Source: Fibrobacteria bacterium
GTDB lineage: Bacteria; Fibrobacterota; Fibrobacteria; UBA11236; JADFYW01
Reading direction: 5' to 3'
DNA: 64,000 nt
Assembly (NCBI GenBank): GCA_050294405.1
Contig: JBNKOC010000009.1
Location: 1 to 64,000, forward strand
The notes beneath the pieces are model-generated. The model had not been told where the DNA came from and did no database searches. It saw nothing but the letters and a program-made list of their open reading frames with translations. Every line of letters begins with the position of its first letter. The stretch's first letter is position 1. Position numbers and translations under genes: made by a program. Of the stretch, positions 27,823 to 38,845 are shown piece by piece.

Positions 27823-29119
27823 TCAGTTGTTTCTTTACCCTCTCTGGTAATAACGGCAGTACAATTCGAAATTTAGTTCCATGATACTTACTCGACCATT
27901 CAACTTCAATTGTTCCCCCGTGGTATATGGTAATAATACGTTTTGCCAGGGACAACCCCAATCCCCAACCTCTTTTTTTCGTGCTATATCCTGTTTGAAA
28001 AACTTTTTTCCAATTTTCTCGGTCAATTCCCTTACCGTTATCTGTAACAGTGATATGCACTGCCTGTTCGGCTTTGGCATAAAAAGTTTCAATTTGAATA
28101 AACCCATTTTTATTTTTGATGGAGTCCAGAGCATTTTTAATGAGGTTTTCAAGAACCCAGCCAATTAGTTCGTGATTGATCCATACCTCTGGAATATCCG
28201 CTAATTTGAGATCAATTGCAATTTTTTTTCCTAATTGCGGGAGGCGATGGGTAAAATAATCCGCTGTGGTTTTACAGAGCAGGTTTAAAGATTGTTTTTC
28301 CAGCTTGGGCAGGGATCCAATTTGAGAAAAGCGATGGGAAACTTTTTTTAAACGGGAAATATCACCATCCATTGACTCTAATATTTCATCGTTTTTTGGA
28401 TCGGGGCCGAGTTTGGATAATCGCAGTCGTAAAAATTCCATCCATCCCATCAGGGAAGAAAGCGGGGTTCCCATTTGATGGGCAGTTTCTTTAGCTAAAG
28501 CCACCCAAAGTAAACTTTGCTCGCCAGTGCGAATAGTTTTAAAACTGAAGTAGCCAAAAAAGATAAAAAGAAAAAATACCAGAAACTCCACCAGCGGCAA
28601 CCAAGTGAGCCAGCGAATAACATCAATCTCTCCGTAGTGAAAGTAACCTAAAAAGTGAGTTTCGTTCTCCAGTTTAATGGATTCGTTTTGCTGGCTGAAC
28701 TTTTTTACCAGCATTTTTAAATAATCTTGATCCTGCCGGGGCAGTTGGAGGAAGTTCACCCTCTCTTCCAGGCGAGAATCGGAATTGTGAAATACTCCGG
28801 GATGTATATTTTTCCAGTTTACGGGATTGTTGTATTTGTCGGTTATTATAATAGGGAACTTGGATTTTTTTAAAACCTCCACAAATACCCAATTAAGCTC
28901 TGTGATATTTAAGTTTTCAGAAATGGCCACAGCATAAAGCCGTGCCTCTTTTTGAATCACTTCCCTATAATGTTGTCTTAGAGTGTGGAGGAAATACCAG
29001 TTTACCAGAAAAAGAAAACCGATTAAAAAGAGGGAAATAATAAAAATGGAACTTCGCACACTGGCGAAATATTTATCTGATAAATTTTCCTTTATTTGAT
29101 TCCATGATGATATAGCCAT
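27785..29119 (-). CDS. Membrane sensor histidine kinase
   Basis: Two TMs; KETAHQMGTPLSSL H-box, ENLIKNALD, DNGKG, GWGLGL. Confidence 0.92.
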   Translation of the reverse strand: MAISSWNQIKENLSDKYFASVRSSIFIISLFLIGFLFLVNWYFLHTLRQHYREVIQKEARLYAVAISENLNITELNWVFVEVLKKSKFPIIITDKYNNPVNWKNIHPGVFHNSDSRLEERVNFLQLPRQDQDYLKMLVKKFSQQNESIKLENETHFLGYFHYGEIDVIRWLTWLPLVEFLVFFLFIFFGYFSFKTIRTGEQSLLWVALAKETAHQMGTPLSSLMGWMEFLRLRLSKLGPDPKNDEILESMDGDISRLKKVSHRFSQIGSLPKLEKQSLNLLCKTTADYFTHRLPQLGKKIAIDLKLADIPEVWINHELIGWVLENLIKNALDSIKNKNGFIQIETFYAKAEQAVHITVTDNGKGIDRENWKKVFQTGYSTKKRGWGLGLSLAKRIITIYHGGTIEVEWSSKYHGTKFRIVLPLLPERVKKQLNDEWKKANSVGG

Positions 29120-29162
29120 AAGGTTTCTGTCTTAAAGATAAATTTTTAACTTTAAGAAGGCC

Positions 29163-30428
29163 TTAATTAATAACCTCTAGTCCATTCATATACTTTTTCA
29201 AAACTTCGGGAACCTGCATATGTCCCTCTTTAGTTTGATAGGTTTCTAAAAGCGCTACCAAAACTCTCGGAGTGGCCAAGCCAGAGCCATTTAAAGTGTG
29301 GACAAATTGCGGTTTTCCTGTGCCTTTAAATCTTATGTTGGCACGTCTGGCTTGAAAGTCTTCAAAGTTGGATACAGAAGAAACCTCCAGCCATTTTTGG
29401 CTTGCAGGAGAATAGACTTCTAAATCGTAACATTTAGCGGCACTAAAGCTTAAATCTCCGGAACAAAGTTGCAACACGCGATAATGCAGACCCAGCGCCT
29501 GCAAGATGGCTTCGGCATAGCCCACCAGCTCTTCCAGTACATCGTAGCTTTTTTCAGGTTCCACAAATTTTACCATTTCCACTTTATTAAATTGATGTAG
29601 CCTTTGGAATCCCCGTGTATCAGCTCCCCAGGCTCCTGCTTCTCTTCTGAAACAGGGAGAATAAGCTGCGTAAGAAATGGGCAATTCCTTTTGCAATAAT
29701 GTTTCTCCTGCATGTAGGTTGGTCACTGGAACCTCTGCTGTGGGAATTAAAAACAAATTGTCTTCTTCTGTTTTATACATGTCTTTTTCCATTTTTGGAA
29801 TTTGACCTGTGCCCAACATGGAATCGCGGTTAACCAATAGGGGGGGGATAATTTCTGTAAAACCATTTACATTAATTTGCTGATCCAGAAAAAATTGGAT
29901 TAAAGCTCTTTCCAGCAAAGCTCCTTTTCCCTTTATCACCGGGAACCCGCGTCCGGAAATTTTCGCGCCTCTTTTAAAGTCAAATAAATCCAGGTCTTCT
30001 CCAATTTCCAGATGATCTTTTAATTCAAAGTCATAAACATTGGGTGCTCCCCAGGTGCGAGCCACTACATTTTCGCTGCTGTCCTTACCTGCGGGAACAG
30101 ACTCGTGTGGGATGTTAGGCATCATAAGAGAAATGTTTTTTAACTCTACCTCAATCTCACTCAGCCCTTCTTCCAGGGATTTGATTTGTTCCCCTAACTT
30201 GCGTGTGTCTTCAATTAGGGCGCTGGCATCTCCACCTGTCTTTTTAATTTTGGCAACTTCCGCAGATTGCTGATTGCGTTTGGATTTAAGATTATCTATT
30301 TGCCCGGCTTGCTCTCTGCGTTTTGCATCCAGGTCTATCCACTGGTCTAGGTCGATATTTGAGTTTTTTAGTTGGAGGCCTTTTTTAATGGCTTCGGGGT
30401 TTTCTCGGATTCTTTTTGGGTCTAGCAT
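29163..30428 (-). CDS. serS: Serine--tRNA ligase
   Basis: [40 protein letters not shown]. Confidence 0.97.
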   Translation of the reverse strand: MLDPKRIRENPEAIKKGLQLKNSNIDLDQWIDLDAKRREQAGQIDNLKSKRNQQSAEVAKIKKTGGDASALIEDTRKLGEQIKSLEEGLSEIEVELKNISLMMPNIPHESVPAGKDSSENVVARTWGAPNVYDFELKDHLEIGEDLDLFDFKRGAKISGRGFPVIKGKGALLERALIQFFLDQQINVNGFTEIIPPLLVNRDSMLGTGQIPKMEKDMYKTEEDNLFLIPTAEVPVTNLHAGETLLQKELPISYAAYSPCFRREAGAWGADTRGFQRLHQFNKVEMVKFVEPEKSYDVLEELVGYAEAILQALGLHYRVLQLCSGDLSFSAAKCYDLEVYSPASQKWLEVSSVSNFEDFQARRANIRFKGTGKPQFVHTLNGSGLATPRVLVALLETYQTKEGHMQVPEVLKKYMNGLEVIN

Positions 30429-30570
30429 ATCACACTTTCGTAATTTTTTGTTTCTCTAAAGCTTAGCAATATAGCAACAGCTGTAAAATGCCTAAAGGAG
30501 CCCAAATTTTTGGCTGGGGGTGGATTTGCAGATACCTTTAGAGTAAATTGCTTGGAACCTGGAACAGAGC

Positions 30571-32952
30571 ATGAATTTTTTCAAGATAGCAGTTTTTTGC
30601 CTTTTTATGGGATTAGCCGATGCCCTGGCCGCCCAGTTATACGCAGTGGGAAATGTGTTCGATAGCGAATCCGGCGAGCCCATTTCTTACGTGGTGGTAT
30701 ATACCCGCAGTGGAAAAAAGCTGGGAACTTCCAATTCCCAGGGACGGTTTGAAATTGAAATTGAAAGCCCCAAGACCATTCTTGTTTTTAAGCGCCACGG
30801 TTTTCGTGACGTTGAACTGGATTTGGGCGCCTGGGGTGATCTGATTGATTTGGAAGTGGCTATGGAATCTGAGGCCTTAAGGCTAAGAGGTAAAGAAGTC
30901 ACTCAAACCCGAAAAAGATCTTATACCAAAAAAACCAAGAGCGTTGAGGAGATGGAACAGTTTCAGGGGATGCGAATTGATTTAAATGATCATTTACGTC
31001 AATTGGACGGTGTTTCCGGCATGGAAGAATACAGCAGTAAAATATCGGTTTATGGCAGCCGTACCGAAGATGTCACCCACTATCTTGGCCAAACGCAAAT
31101 ACCGAGTATCCGGCACTTGGATTTTGGCTTTCCCGGCAATCAAAGTGTGCTTAACCCAAGGCTTTTAAAATCGGTAACCGTAGAAGATAACTTATCGCAA
31201 GGCCCCTTAAATCAGGGCAATGCTTCTGCCTTACGCTATGAAATTGCACCCGGCCATCCCGAAAAAATTACAGGCGATTTGGTATTTGGGACTTTTAACA
31301 GAGAAGCCAATTTTTCAGGCTATTGGGATAATAGAACCTGGGTGGGTAGTGTGCGTTTTTTGCAGCCTAGTTTTTTGGCCAACTTAGGCAGTAAATATTT
31401 CACTATTCCCAAAGAAGCCCGCCTGGGAAAACCCTGTCCCCGCAATGTAACTTGCCGAACCCTGGAAAACCCAATTGATGTAAACAGCACAGATCTTTTT
31501 TTTGGAACCATGTATAACGACAGCACGGGGTATTCCAGTAAAACCTCTTTTCTTTTTGTGGGAGATGATTTTAAAGTCACCGAAGATATTTCCAATGATT
31601 TTTCACAATCCCAGGCGCAAACGGTTCAGTCTGGTGAACAGCAATGGGTGCTTGGGGCTTATGAGATGATCAACCCCGGAAAAAATGCGGACTTTATGTT
31701 TAGCCTCGGAGCGCTTACTGGAAGTAAAGAAAATGAAATGTATGACACAAGCCTTACGGAAATAACAACGAATCGAGTGTACCCTACGGGCAGTAATAAT
31801 TTAATGGGATTTACCCAGGCCTCTGAAGGGAAACTTTTTACTAGCTTGTATCGCAATCCCAGGGAAGAAGTTATGGGGGCCGACATAGAGTATGGAACCG
31901 AACTTTCCTACAACTGGGAAAGCCGTAAGTTTATAGATGAAACGGCAAATCTTGGCCCTGAAACCAAAACCAGTTATCTTGAACAAAATTTGCTTTTGAG
32001 AGCCGGATGGAATTTGAAAAATAAAAAAAGCTTAAAAGCCACTTTAGGATTTCAATGGGCAGATTATAAAATACCCATGCCTGTGGCTTCGGTTCGTTTA
32101 AACAGCCCTCTGCCCCTTTCTCTAAACGGATTTGTGGATGTTTCTTTAAGGCAAAATACCCAAGTGGCCGCCAAAGGGACCAATAACATAGAACCGGTGA
32201 CTACACCCAGCGTGGAAGCCAAAACAGGTTACACGGGTGAATGGGGCCCTTTTACCTGGAGTCATTCCCTGTATTCCAGATATTATTTAAATCCATTGTT
32301 GCCAGAGCCTGAAGTTTATTGGAATTATAAGGAACTCAATGAAACAGATTACGCCTGGGTAAATGGAACCAATCTAAACATGGCTTGGGAACCCTCTCAC
32401 CATTTTGGAATTAATTTTAATGGTTCTATAGTTCAGGGTGATTACGTAATGGATAATGGAAGTTATTTGCCTTGGGAGGCAAATAGAAGCTTGGATTTTG
32501 TGTCCAATATGCGCATTGTGCCGCGGCGAGATTCGTTGTTGAGCGTTATACTAACATATGTGGTAAACAATGGTGTGCCCCTTTATGATTATATCCTTCC
32601 CAGAGAAACAATTCAGTTAGACGGAAGAACTCCCACGGTGGATACCTGGGAGAGGAAAGCGGTTCAAAGCGAAAAATACCCTGAAGTGTCCCGCCAAAGA
32701 GTGGATGTTCGTATCAATCTGGATTTAAGAAGTAAATGGAGGCCTTTGGATAAGGCCAGGCTCTTTTTCCAGGCGTCCAATATTTTTGCCGATATGAATC
32801 AGGATTACGTCTCCTTTTTGGGAGGAGAAAATACCAAGCAAAGGGGTTGGACACGCTTTGATAGAACCAATCCCGATAATTTAACGCCTGTGGTCATTCG
32901 GGGTTTGGGCCTATTTATTTTGCTCGGCTTTGAAATGAATTTCTCAATTTAA
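30571..32952 (+). CDS. TonB-dependent-receptor-like outer membrane protein
   Basis: Signal peptide, carboxypeptidase-regulatory-like N-domain (GNVFDSESGEPI...GRFEI), plug-like LRQLDGV...HL segment, beta-barrel-like C-terminal region. Confidence 0.65.
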   Translation: MNFFKIAVFCLFMGLADALAAQLYAVGNVFDSESGEPISYVVVYTRSGKKLGTSNSQGRFEIEIESPKTILVFKRHGFRDVELDLGAWGDLIDLEVAMESEALRLRGKEVTQTRKRSYTKKTKSVEEMEQFQGMRIDLNDHLRQLDGVSGMEEYSSKISVYGSRTEDVTHYLGQTQIPSIRHLDFGFPGNQSVLNPRLLKSVTVEDNLSQGPLNQGNASALRYEIAPGHPEKITGDLVFGTFNREANFSGYWDNRTWVGSVRFLQPSFLANLGSKYFTIPKEARLGKPCPRNVTCRTLENPIDVNSTDLFFGTMYNDSTGYSSKTSFLFVGDDFKVTEDISNDFSQSQAQTVQSGEQQWVLGAYEMINPGKNADFMFSLGALTGSKENEMYDTSLTEITTNRVYPTGSNNLMGFTQASEGKLFTSLYRNPREEVMGADIEYGTELSYNWESRKFIDETANLGPETKTSYLEQNLLLRAGWNLKNKKSLKATLGFQWADYKIPMPVASVRLNSPLPLSLNGFVDVSLRQNTQVAAKGTNNIEPVTTPSVEAKTGYTGEWGPFTWSHSLYSRYYLNPLLPEPEVYWNYKELNETDYAWVNGTNLNMAWEPSHHFGINFNGSIVQGDYVMDNGSYLPWEANRSLDFVSNMRIVPRRDSLLSVILTYVVNNGVPLYDYILPRETIQLDGRTPTVDTWERKAVQSEKYPEVSRQRVDVRINLDLRSKWRPLDKARLFFQASNIFADMNQDYVSFLGGENTKQRGWTRFDRTNPDNLTPVVIRGLGLFILLGFEMNFSI

Positions 32953-34514
32953 AATCCTAAATCCAAATTAAATTGATGGTAGTTTTTAAGACTGTATTCC
33001 ACTTCCACGCCGTATTCAAAACTATAGTCCAATGCTAAGCGGTAACCTTTGTGAAGGCCTTCAGCGCCAAATCCAAAGGTTAAATATCTCGAGTTAAAAC
33101 TGTTTAAAATTTGGTAGGTTCCGGCCCGAACGTGAAATACGGAAAGTAATGTATAGCTTCCCCCCAGCCGGATGTGATCCACTTGATCCTCAATTAGGGC
33201 TTTTTGACCATCCATTAACAGGGTTAGGCTATTAAAGGCTTGATAGGAAAAGCCAATGGTTAATTCGGGAGGCAAGGATTCGGTATAATTGCGATTTGTG
33301 AGTGTGTTTTGGTTTTCCAGATAACTGAAAACATCCTTAACAACAAGGCCTGCATATATTTTTTTGCTGAGCGGCAACTGGATTCCCAAGTCCAACCCAA
33401 AACCGGCACCATAACCAGTGGAATGTTGTATACCGGTTCCCTTGTGGCCAACGGATAAAAAATATCCCTTAAGATTTAGCCCTAGCTTTATGTTGTGCAT
33501 ATGATTAAAAAGTTTTCCCATATTAAGGGCGGAAGTGGAAAATAATGTCATTTCGCTGGCTAACTCGTCCCCTTCAAAGCGAACAGAAAAAGCCTGGGCT
33601 AAAAACTCTGTAGCAGGCGCGCCATAACCTATGTAAAATGAAGATATGTTACCAGGCAAAGAACTGTATGCATAGTGGAGTCTGTCTTCCTGAATTCCCG
33701 CAATTCCAGCAGGGTTCATTTGGGCAGATGCACCATTGGAAATATGGGCGATACCTGCGCCGCCTTGAGCTTTGTATTTTGCCGATAGCACAGGGGAACC
33801 AAAAAAGCCTCGCAAAGAAGAAAAATTTCGGGTTGGTAAATCTAAAATTTCAGAGGGGCGTTGGCTGTTATTGTCTTCCCTTTCAATGTATCCAATATAC
33901 CACAAAGTAGCTCCCGCCAAGGAAAGGGCTATCCCTGCAGTGGACATCAGCTGTACGGAATTTTCCTCAAACTTAAGCCCTCGAGTGTCTTCTAGCAAGT
34001 TTTGATTTTTGAGGCGGTTTAACAATTCCCGCACAGCCCTTTTCGATAAGCTTTCTACTGTTGAGTCGTGAAGGCTTTCAGAAATTTTAAAATCGATTCG
34101 AATGGATTCGGATATCTGATTATATATCCTAAGTTTTAGTTCCATGGAAATGGCGGTTTCGGTCAGCTCAGTGCTTAATATGTAATGGGATTCTGGAAAC
34201 AAACCTGCAACCTGTTTTAAACAGTTAGACTCAAAACAAGGTGTTGAAATGTTATTGCGTGGATTTTTTAACACTCGTAAAACTTTGTCGTTGTTTTCAA
34301 CTTTAAATTGCTTGCTTTGCTTGAGCTCATTTAAGATGTAGTTTCTCACTTGTCCCGCAGTCTTTGGGTTGCTGTTTCGTTCGTATACTTTTAGAAAACA
34401 TAACCGAGGAGTTCCACCAAGTTGAGCATGCACATTTCCGCTTGTAAAAACTGCAATATAAAGAAGACTCGCTGAAAGTCTCATCCAATTATTTATCTGC
34501 ATTTTTGTTTTCAT
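32949..34514 (-). CDS. PorV/FadL-like beta-barrel with extra N-terminal domain
   Basis: SAKYKAQGGAGIA...NPAGIA hatch motif, GFGLDLGI, terminal LDLGF; N-terminal CFESNC-containing domain. Confidence 0.7.
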   Translation of the reverse strand: MKTKMQINNWMRLSASLLYIAVFTSGNVHAQLGGTPRLCFLKVYERNSNPKTAGQVRNYILNELKQSKQFKVENNDKVLRVLKNPRNNISTPCFESNCLKQVAGLFPESHYILSTELTETAISMELKLRIYNQISESIRIDFKISESLHDSTVESLSKRAVRELLNRLKNQNLLEDTRGLKFEENSVQLMSTAGIALSLAGATLWYIGYIEREDNNSQRPSEILDLPTRNFSSLRGFFGSPVLSAKYKAQGGAGIAHISNGASAQMNPAGIAGIQEDRLHYAYSSLPGNISSFYIGYGAPATEFLAQAFSVRFEGDELASEMTLFSTSALNMGKLFNHMHNIKLGLNLKGYFLSVGHKGTGIQHSTGYGAGFGLDLGIQLPLSKKIYAGLVVKDVFSYLENQNTLTNRNYTESLPPELTIGFSYQAFNSLTLLMDGQKALIEDQVDHIRLGGSYTLLSVFHVRAGTYQILNSFNSRYLTFGFGAEGLHKGYRLALDYSFEYGVEVEYSLKNYHQFNLDLGF

Positions 34515-37500
34515 TTAAATAACACAACTGGCTTGATGTATTTTTTTACACCAGAGCCTATAATTTCTTTTGCAATTATAACAGCTAAGTATCTCCCGTT
34601 TCTGGCCCATAAATTACTGTCTGTTTTACCATTCCAGTAAAAACTTTGCATTTCTTTGGCCAGGCTTTGGTTTTTAATAATGGTTTTTACGAGTTCCCCG
34701 GACATATTGTAAATAAACAGGTCAATGATAACCTGATTACCTGTGTTTGAGTGAGGAATAAAATCTATTCGAGTACCATATTCTGTATTCCCATCCAGTT
34801 CGGCTTTTACAAGAGGGCTAAAAGGGTTTGGTGTAAGGCTTATTTCACTTATGGATAAGGGGATGGAAGGGCTTAGAACACCGTAATATAGTCCGGTCTT
34901 TAGATTTGCTCTGGTTCGATAGGAAATGGAGTCTGTGGCCAATTCCATAAAATGCGTGTTGGTATCAGATAAAAATTCCCAGGAAAAGGTCTTTGGGGAA
35001 AAACTTGCAATGCTTCCAGGTTCCCTATTGGAATTAGGTAAAATAAATTGAAGGCTGGGTTGAATAGAAAAAGGATTTCCCTGGAGATTAATGAACTCAT
35101 ATAAATCAGATATAAGTTCATAATTTTTTGAGGAAGTAAAGCTAGGTGAAATGTTTTGATTTTTTAAGGTAATTTGGATGTTGTTTGGATTGTTATGAGA
35201 TGAGTCGGGAATGCTAAAAAGTATCCCCTTTCCATTGAAAAACTCTCTCCCTGTGCTGAATGGTTTTATGCTTTGGTAGACCTGAATGCCCCGTTGTATT
35301 GAATCCAGTGAAGCTCCGAGTTCGGAAATTAAGCTTTGGTTCTGATTATCATAATGGGCGTAAATGCGTAATTTTCCTATAAAATTTGGGTTAATGATCA
35401 ACTGATTTTCTTCAAAAACTCCGGCAGACACAGGGGAAATAGAGTAGGTAAAGTTAGCCGATACTAACTTTGAGGGAACGTTTGTAGTATCATAACCGGA
35501 CGCGAAAACGTATAAGCTATCTCCACCGAAAACCTTTTGCCCCGGGGCCAAACTGGACTTTAAGGAAACTTTATGGATTCGCAAACTAGACTGGGTGACC
35601 TTTAATGTATCAAAGGAAGATATATTATTGATGGTTGTGTTTATGTATATGTAAGAGGAATCATTTGCGTTTTCATTAAACTGAAGCCTGTATTTTAAGT
35701 TGCCTAAATTAGTAATGGAAAGCCTTGGGTTGCTGCTTTGTAAATTAGTTGTTCCAGACGAAAGTAAGTTTTCATTTATGTTTTGTGAAAATTGATTGTA
35801 AGCAGACAGCTGAATTTCAATGGAGCCTTGTCTTGGGATAGATAAATTTTTCCCTGGATAAACGTTTACAGCAGCTACATAAAATTGAATGGGCAAGTCA
35901 TGGCTAAAATTTTTCCCTGGAAAATTATTTGAGTACAGGTTTTGATTGCTATATATATCGAAATAAAAACTTAATTTGCCTCCACCTGCCGGTTTTTGGA
36001 ATCCAAAGTAAATCAGGCTATCCACGCTTTTGGGATTAACCCTAATATAATTTGAATTTGAGCTTTTATAATTTACGAATGCCGAGTCTATGGGCAGGGG
36101 TTGTGCATAGCTGTTCAATTTAATAAAGACGCTGTCGATGGATTCAGATATATAGTTGGAATCAGTGTAAAAGGGAAAGTTATAATTATAAACGGAAAGA
36201 TTTTGGTTTGAACTGTCCAAAAGTATTTGGGTGTTTTTAATGGGCAAGATGCTTGAGTTTGCTGGGAATAAGTCTATTAGATAGCTACCTAAGGGAGCAT
36301 TGAATAAAGTATCTGGTGTGGAAACAACTTCAGAATAGGGAGATTTAATATAAATTTGGCCAGCCGTAATTTTTCCGTTAGATTGCATCTGGAATACTAA
36401 TGATTTGTTAGACCAGGCGATTTCCAAATTAACGTCATTTACCCAAACATAATCAGATACATTGATAAAAACGGAATCCTTAAGGCTGAAACCTTTTCCA
36501 GAACCTCTAATTAAATAGGGCCCGTTTTCCAGCCCATCAAAGGAGTAGGTCCATTGGCCTTGGTTCAATATCAATGATGGGGAATTGTTTGTTTCTAAAT
36601 TGTTTAAGTTTATTACGGATAGTTCAAAATTATTCAAATCTGAGGGAAGGGTGTCGCTAAATTGAAGTTGTCCATTGATACTTGCTAATTTTTTTATGGC
36701 GAAGTTTTGCGATATTTTTTTTACTCCTGCTTCAATGGTTAAGCTGTCCATTAAAGTTTCAAAACCTTCTTTGCTAATGGATACCATATAAGTACCGGAA
36801 GAACCCGGCGAAAACTGGAAATCCCCAGCCGTTCCACTTGTTTGCTGGAGTTGAGTTCCTGAATTTTTATGAGTTAAAGTGATTCTGGCTCCTGGGCAGG
36901 GGGAATAAATGATTTGATTTGTGGGACGGGTAAGGGCTTGTAATGTTCCCGATACTAGAATAGGGTTTGACGAAAGGGTTATTTCCAAATTATTGTTCGA
37001 ATTAAAATTTATATTTTGGGAATAATCTCCATATCCGATTTTGTTAATGTTAACATTGTATACATCAGGTTGTAGGGTGAAAATAAAACCCCCATTTTTA
37101 TCGCTGTATTTTTCAGTAACAACCTGGTTGTCTTTGGATAAGGTTATTTTAGCTTGTACCAGCGGTACTGAATTTTGATTTTGAATATTTCCGATTAAAG
37201 AAAACTGGGACTTTGTTAATTGAATGTCGCTCAGAATATGTTTTTTGTTTCCCGATACTTGGATGCTGCTGTCATTTTTTGGAGAATATTCCGGGTGGTA
37301 GATGCTTAAATTATAGTTCCCACTTCTAATTCCAATTTTATATTCCCCTAAGGGATTGCTGTATCCATAAAAAACAAGCCCGTCTTCCCTAGTAAGTTTG
37401 ATTTCGCAATTTTCAATACCTTCTCCATCTTTGTTTAAAACTTTTCCGAATATGGTTTCGGGGTAGGGTTGAAGATAAACTGTGATTTCATTTTCCGCGC

Positions 37501-38845
37501 TATCCGCCGAAACGTTCTTGGAAATGGTGATTGGTATGTATCCAGATTTTGAAAAAGTGAAACTATAGCTGCCTAAGGGCATATAGCGAGAATAGAAGCC
37601 ATTAATGTTTGTTTTTGCCGGGATAGGGTCTTGTGAACCGCTTACGGATAAAATAGATATGTCAACATCAGCTAGATTCGCGGTATCGTTATATGTGGAA
37701 TACTTGATGATGGACTTTGTATGGATGGTGGTGGCATAGCTATTGCTTTGATAGAAAAATGAAGTAGTGTCACTGACAACTGAGTTTTGGTTTAAATCAC
37801 TGGCGAAAACTTTGAATAAATACCTTCCGTTTGAAAAGGTTGAGGTTGGGTTGAGGCCTAAAATTGTATCTGATGTAAGACTATTCCATACTGGGGTTAA
37901 AATTTCTGATTCGAAATTAGGATCGCTTTCGAATTTGTATATATATAGTTGATAAAAATTGGCTTTGGAGCCTGCACTAGTCCATTTAAAACTGATGTTG
38001 TTTTGGTTTTGCAATGTATCTTTTGATGCTGGCTCCAGGTTTTTGGGAGGAATTAATCCTGTTTCAGGATCTTTTATACTAAATAAAGAAAAATCCAGTA
38101 CGTTGTAGTCAGTATAAACAGGGCTTTGCCCGTTGTAGTTGTTGAAAATGGCCAGCGTATAGGTTTTTCCCGGAACCAGAGGTGGGGCCGGTATGTTTGC
38201 AAAGAATCCGGAAGGATCTTCAATTCCATAAAGAATATTTTCTTTTGAGGTAATAGCCTGCCATACAATGCTCCAATCTGTGGGATCATTGTTGTTTTCC
38301 TTGAATTGGATGGCCTGATCGGATAATAAAACATGAAAACCCGGGACATTTGGGGCTCCCGTCCAGGAAAAGTTGGGGTAATTATTCGAAACTTCCCCTT
38401 TGGGGGTTTGAATGGATGGTGGAGTCTCTGATTCGATTTGAATTGCGAATTCAGGTGAATTATAAGATTGAACCTTAGTTTTTTCCCTACATGTTAAGAT
38501 GAAATAATGTATTCCGGGATTTAACTGGTTAGAAAGGTTTTCTGTGGTTATGTTTGGGTTGAAATTAAAGCCAATGGTTTGGTTATTAATGTTTATGTCA
38601 TTTGGAAATAATTCAATTGGATGTAAATCCGCACTTTCTCCCTTGGGAGAATTAGAGCTACGTAAACTGCATTCCAAAAGGCTGTCATAGGGTTGAAGCA
38701 AACTGGCTGTAATGTCGATTTGCTTTGAAATTTTAGATGTAAGCGGAAAGGATTGAATAAGAATATCAGGCAAGGACCAAGCTGCGTCATAAATGAGTAA
38801 AAGGCTGGAGATTGTTACGATTTTACCTATCCCCTTAAAAAACAT
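34511..38845 (-). CDS. Large secreted multidomain protein with carboxypeptidase-regulatory-like repeats and FlgD-Ig/T9SS-like CTD
   Basis: Repeated G.V.N..G.P....I.L...T...G.F...GY modules; C-terminal TPNPFSP...IYNMSGELVKT...WNGK...NGRY. Confidence 0.75.
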   Translation of the reverse strand: MFFKGIGKIVTISSLLLIYDAAWSLPDILIQSFPLTSKISKQIDITASLLQPYDSLLECSLRSSNSPKGESADLHPIELFPNDININNQTIGFNFNPNITTENLSNQLNPGIHYFILTCREKTKVQSYNSPEFAIQIESETPPSIQTPKGEVSNNYPNFSWTGAPNVPGFHVLLSDQAIQFKENNNDPTDWSIVWQAITSKENILYGIEDPSGFFANIPAPPLVPGKTYTLAIFNNYNGQSPVYTDYNVLDFSLFSIKDPETGLIPPKNLEPASKDTLQNQNNISFKWTSAGSKANFYQLYIYKFESDPNFESEILTPVWNSLTSDTILGLNPTSTFSNGRYLFKVFASDLNQNSVVSDTTSFFYQSNSYATTIHTKSIIKYSTYNDTANLADVDISILSVSGSQDPIPAKTNINGFYSRYMPLGSYSFTFSKSGYIPITISKNVSADSAENEITVYLQPYPETIFGKVLNKDGEGIENCEIKLTREDGLVFYGYSNPLGEYKIGIRSGNYNLSIYHPEYSPKNDSSIQVSGNKKHILSDIQLTKSQFSLIGNIQNQNSVPLVQAKITLSKDNQVVTEKYSDKNGGFIFTLQPDVYNVNINKIGYGDYSQNINFNSNNNLEITLSSNPILVSGTLQALTRPTNQIIYSPCPGARITLTHKNSGTQLQQTSGTAGDFQFSPGSSGTYMVSISKEGFETLMDSLTIEAGVKKISQNFAIKKLASINGQLQFSDTLPSDLNNFELSVINLNNLETNNSPSLILNQGQWTYSFDGLENGPYLIRGSGKGFSLKDSVFINVSDYVWVNDVNLEIAWSNKSLVFQMQSNGKITAGQIYIKSPYSEVVSTPDTLFNAPLGSYLIDLFPANSSILPIKNTQILLDSSNQNLSVYNYNFPFYTDSNYISESIDSVFIKLNSYAQPLPIDSAFVNYKSSNSNYIRVNPKSVDSLIYFGFQKPAGGGKLSFYFDIYSNQNLYSNNFPGKNFSHDLPIQFYVAAVNVYPGKNLSIPRQGSIEIQLSAYNQFSQNINENLLSSGTTNLQSSNPRLSITNLGNLKYRLQFNENANDSSYIYINTTINNISSFDTLKVTQSSLRIHKVSLKSSLAPGQKVFGGDSLYVFASGYDTTNVPSKLVSANFTYSISPVSAGVFEENQLIINPNFIGKLRIYAHYDNQNQSLISELGASLDSIQRGIQVYQSIKPFSTGREFFNGKGILFSIPDSSHNNPNNIQITLKNQNISPSFTSSKNYELISDLYEFINLQGNPFSIQPSLQFILPNSNREPGSIASFSPKTFSWEFLSDTNTHFMELATDSISYRTRANLKTGLYYGVLSPSIPLSISEISLTPNPFSPLVKAELDGNTEYGTRIDFIPHSNTGNQVIIDLFIYNMSGELVKTIIKNQSLAKEMQSFYWNGKTDSNLWARNGRYLAVIIAKEIIGSGVKKYIKPVVLFK

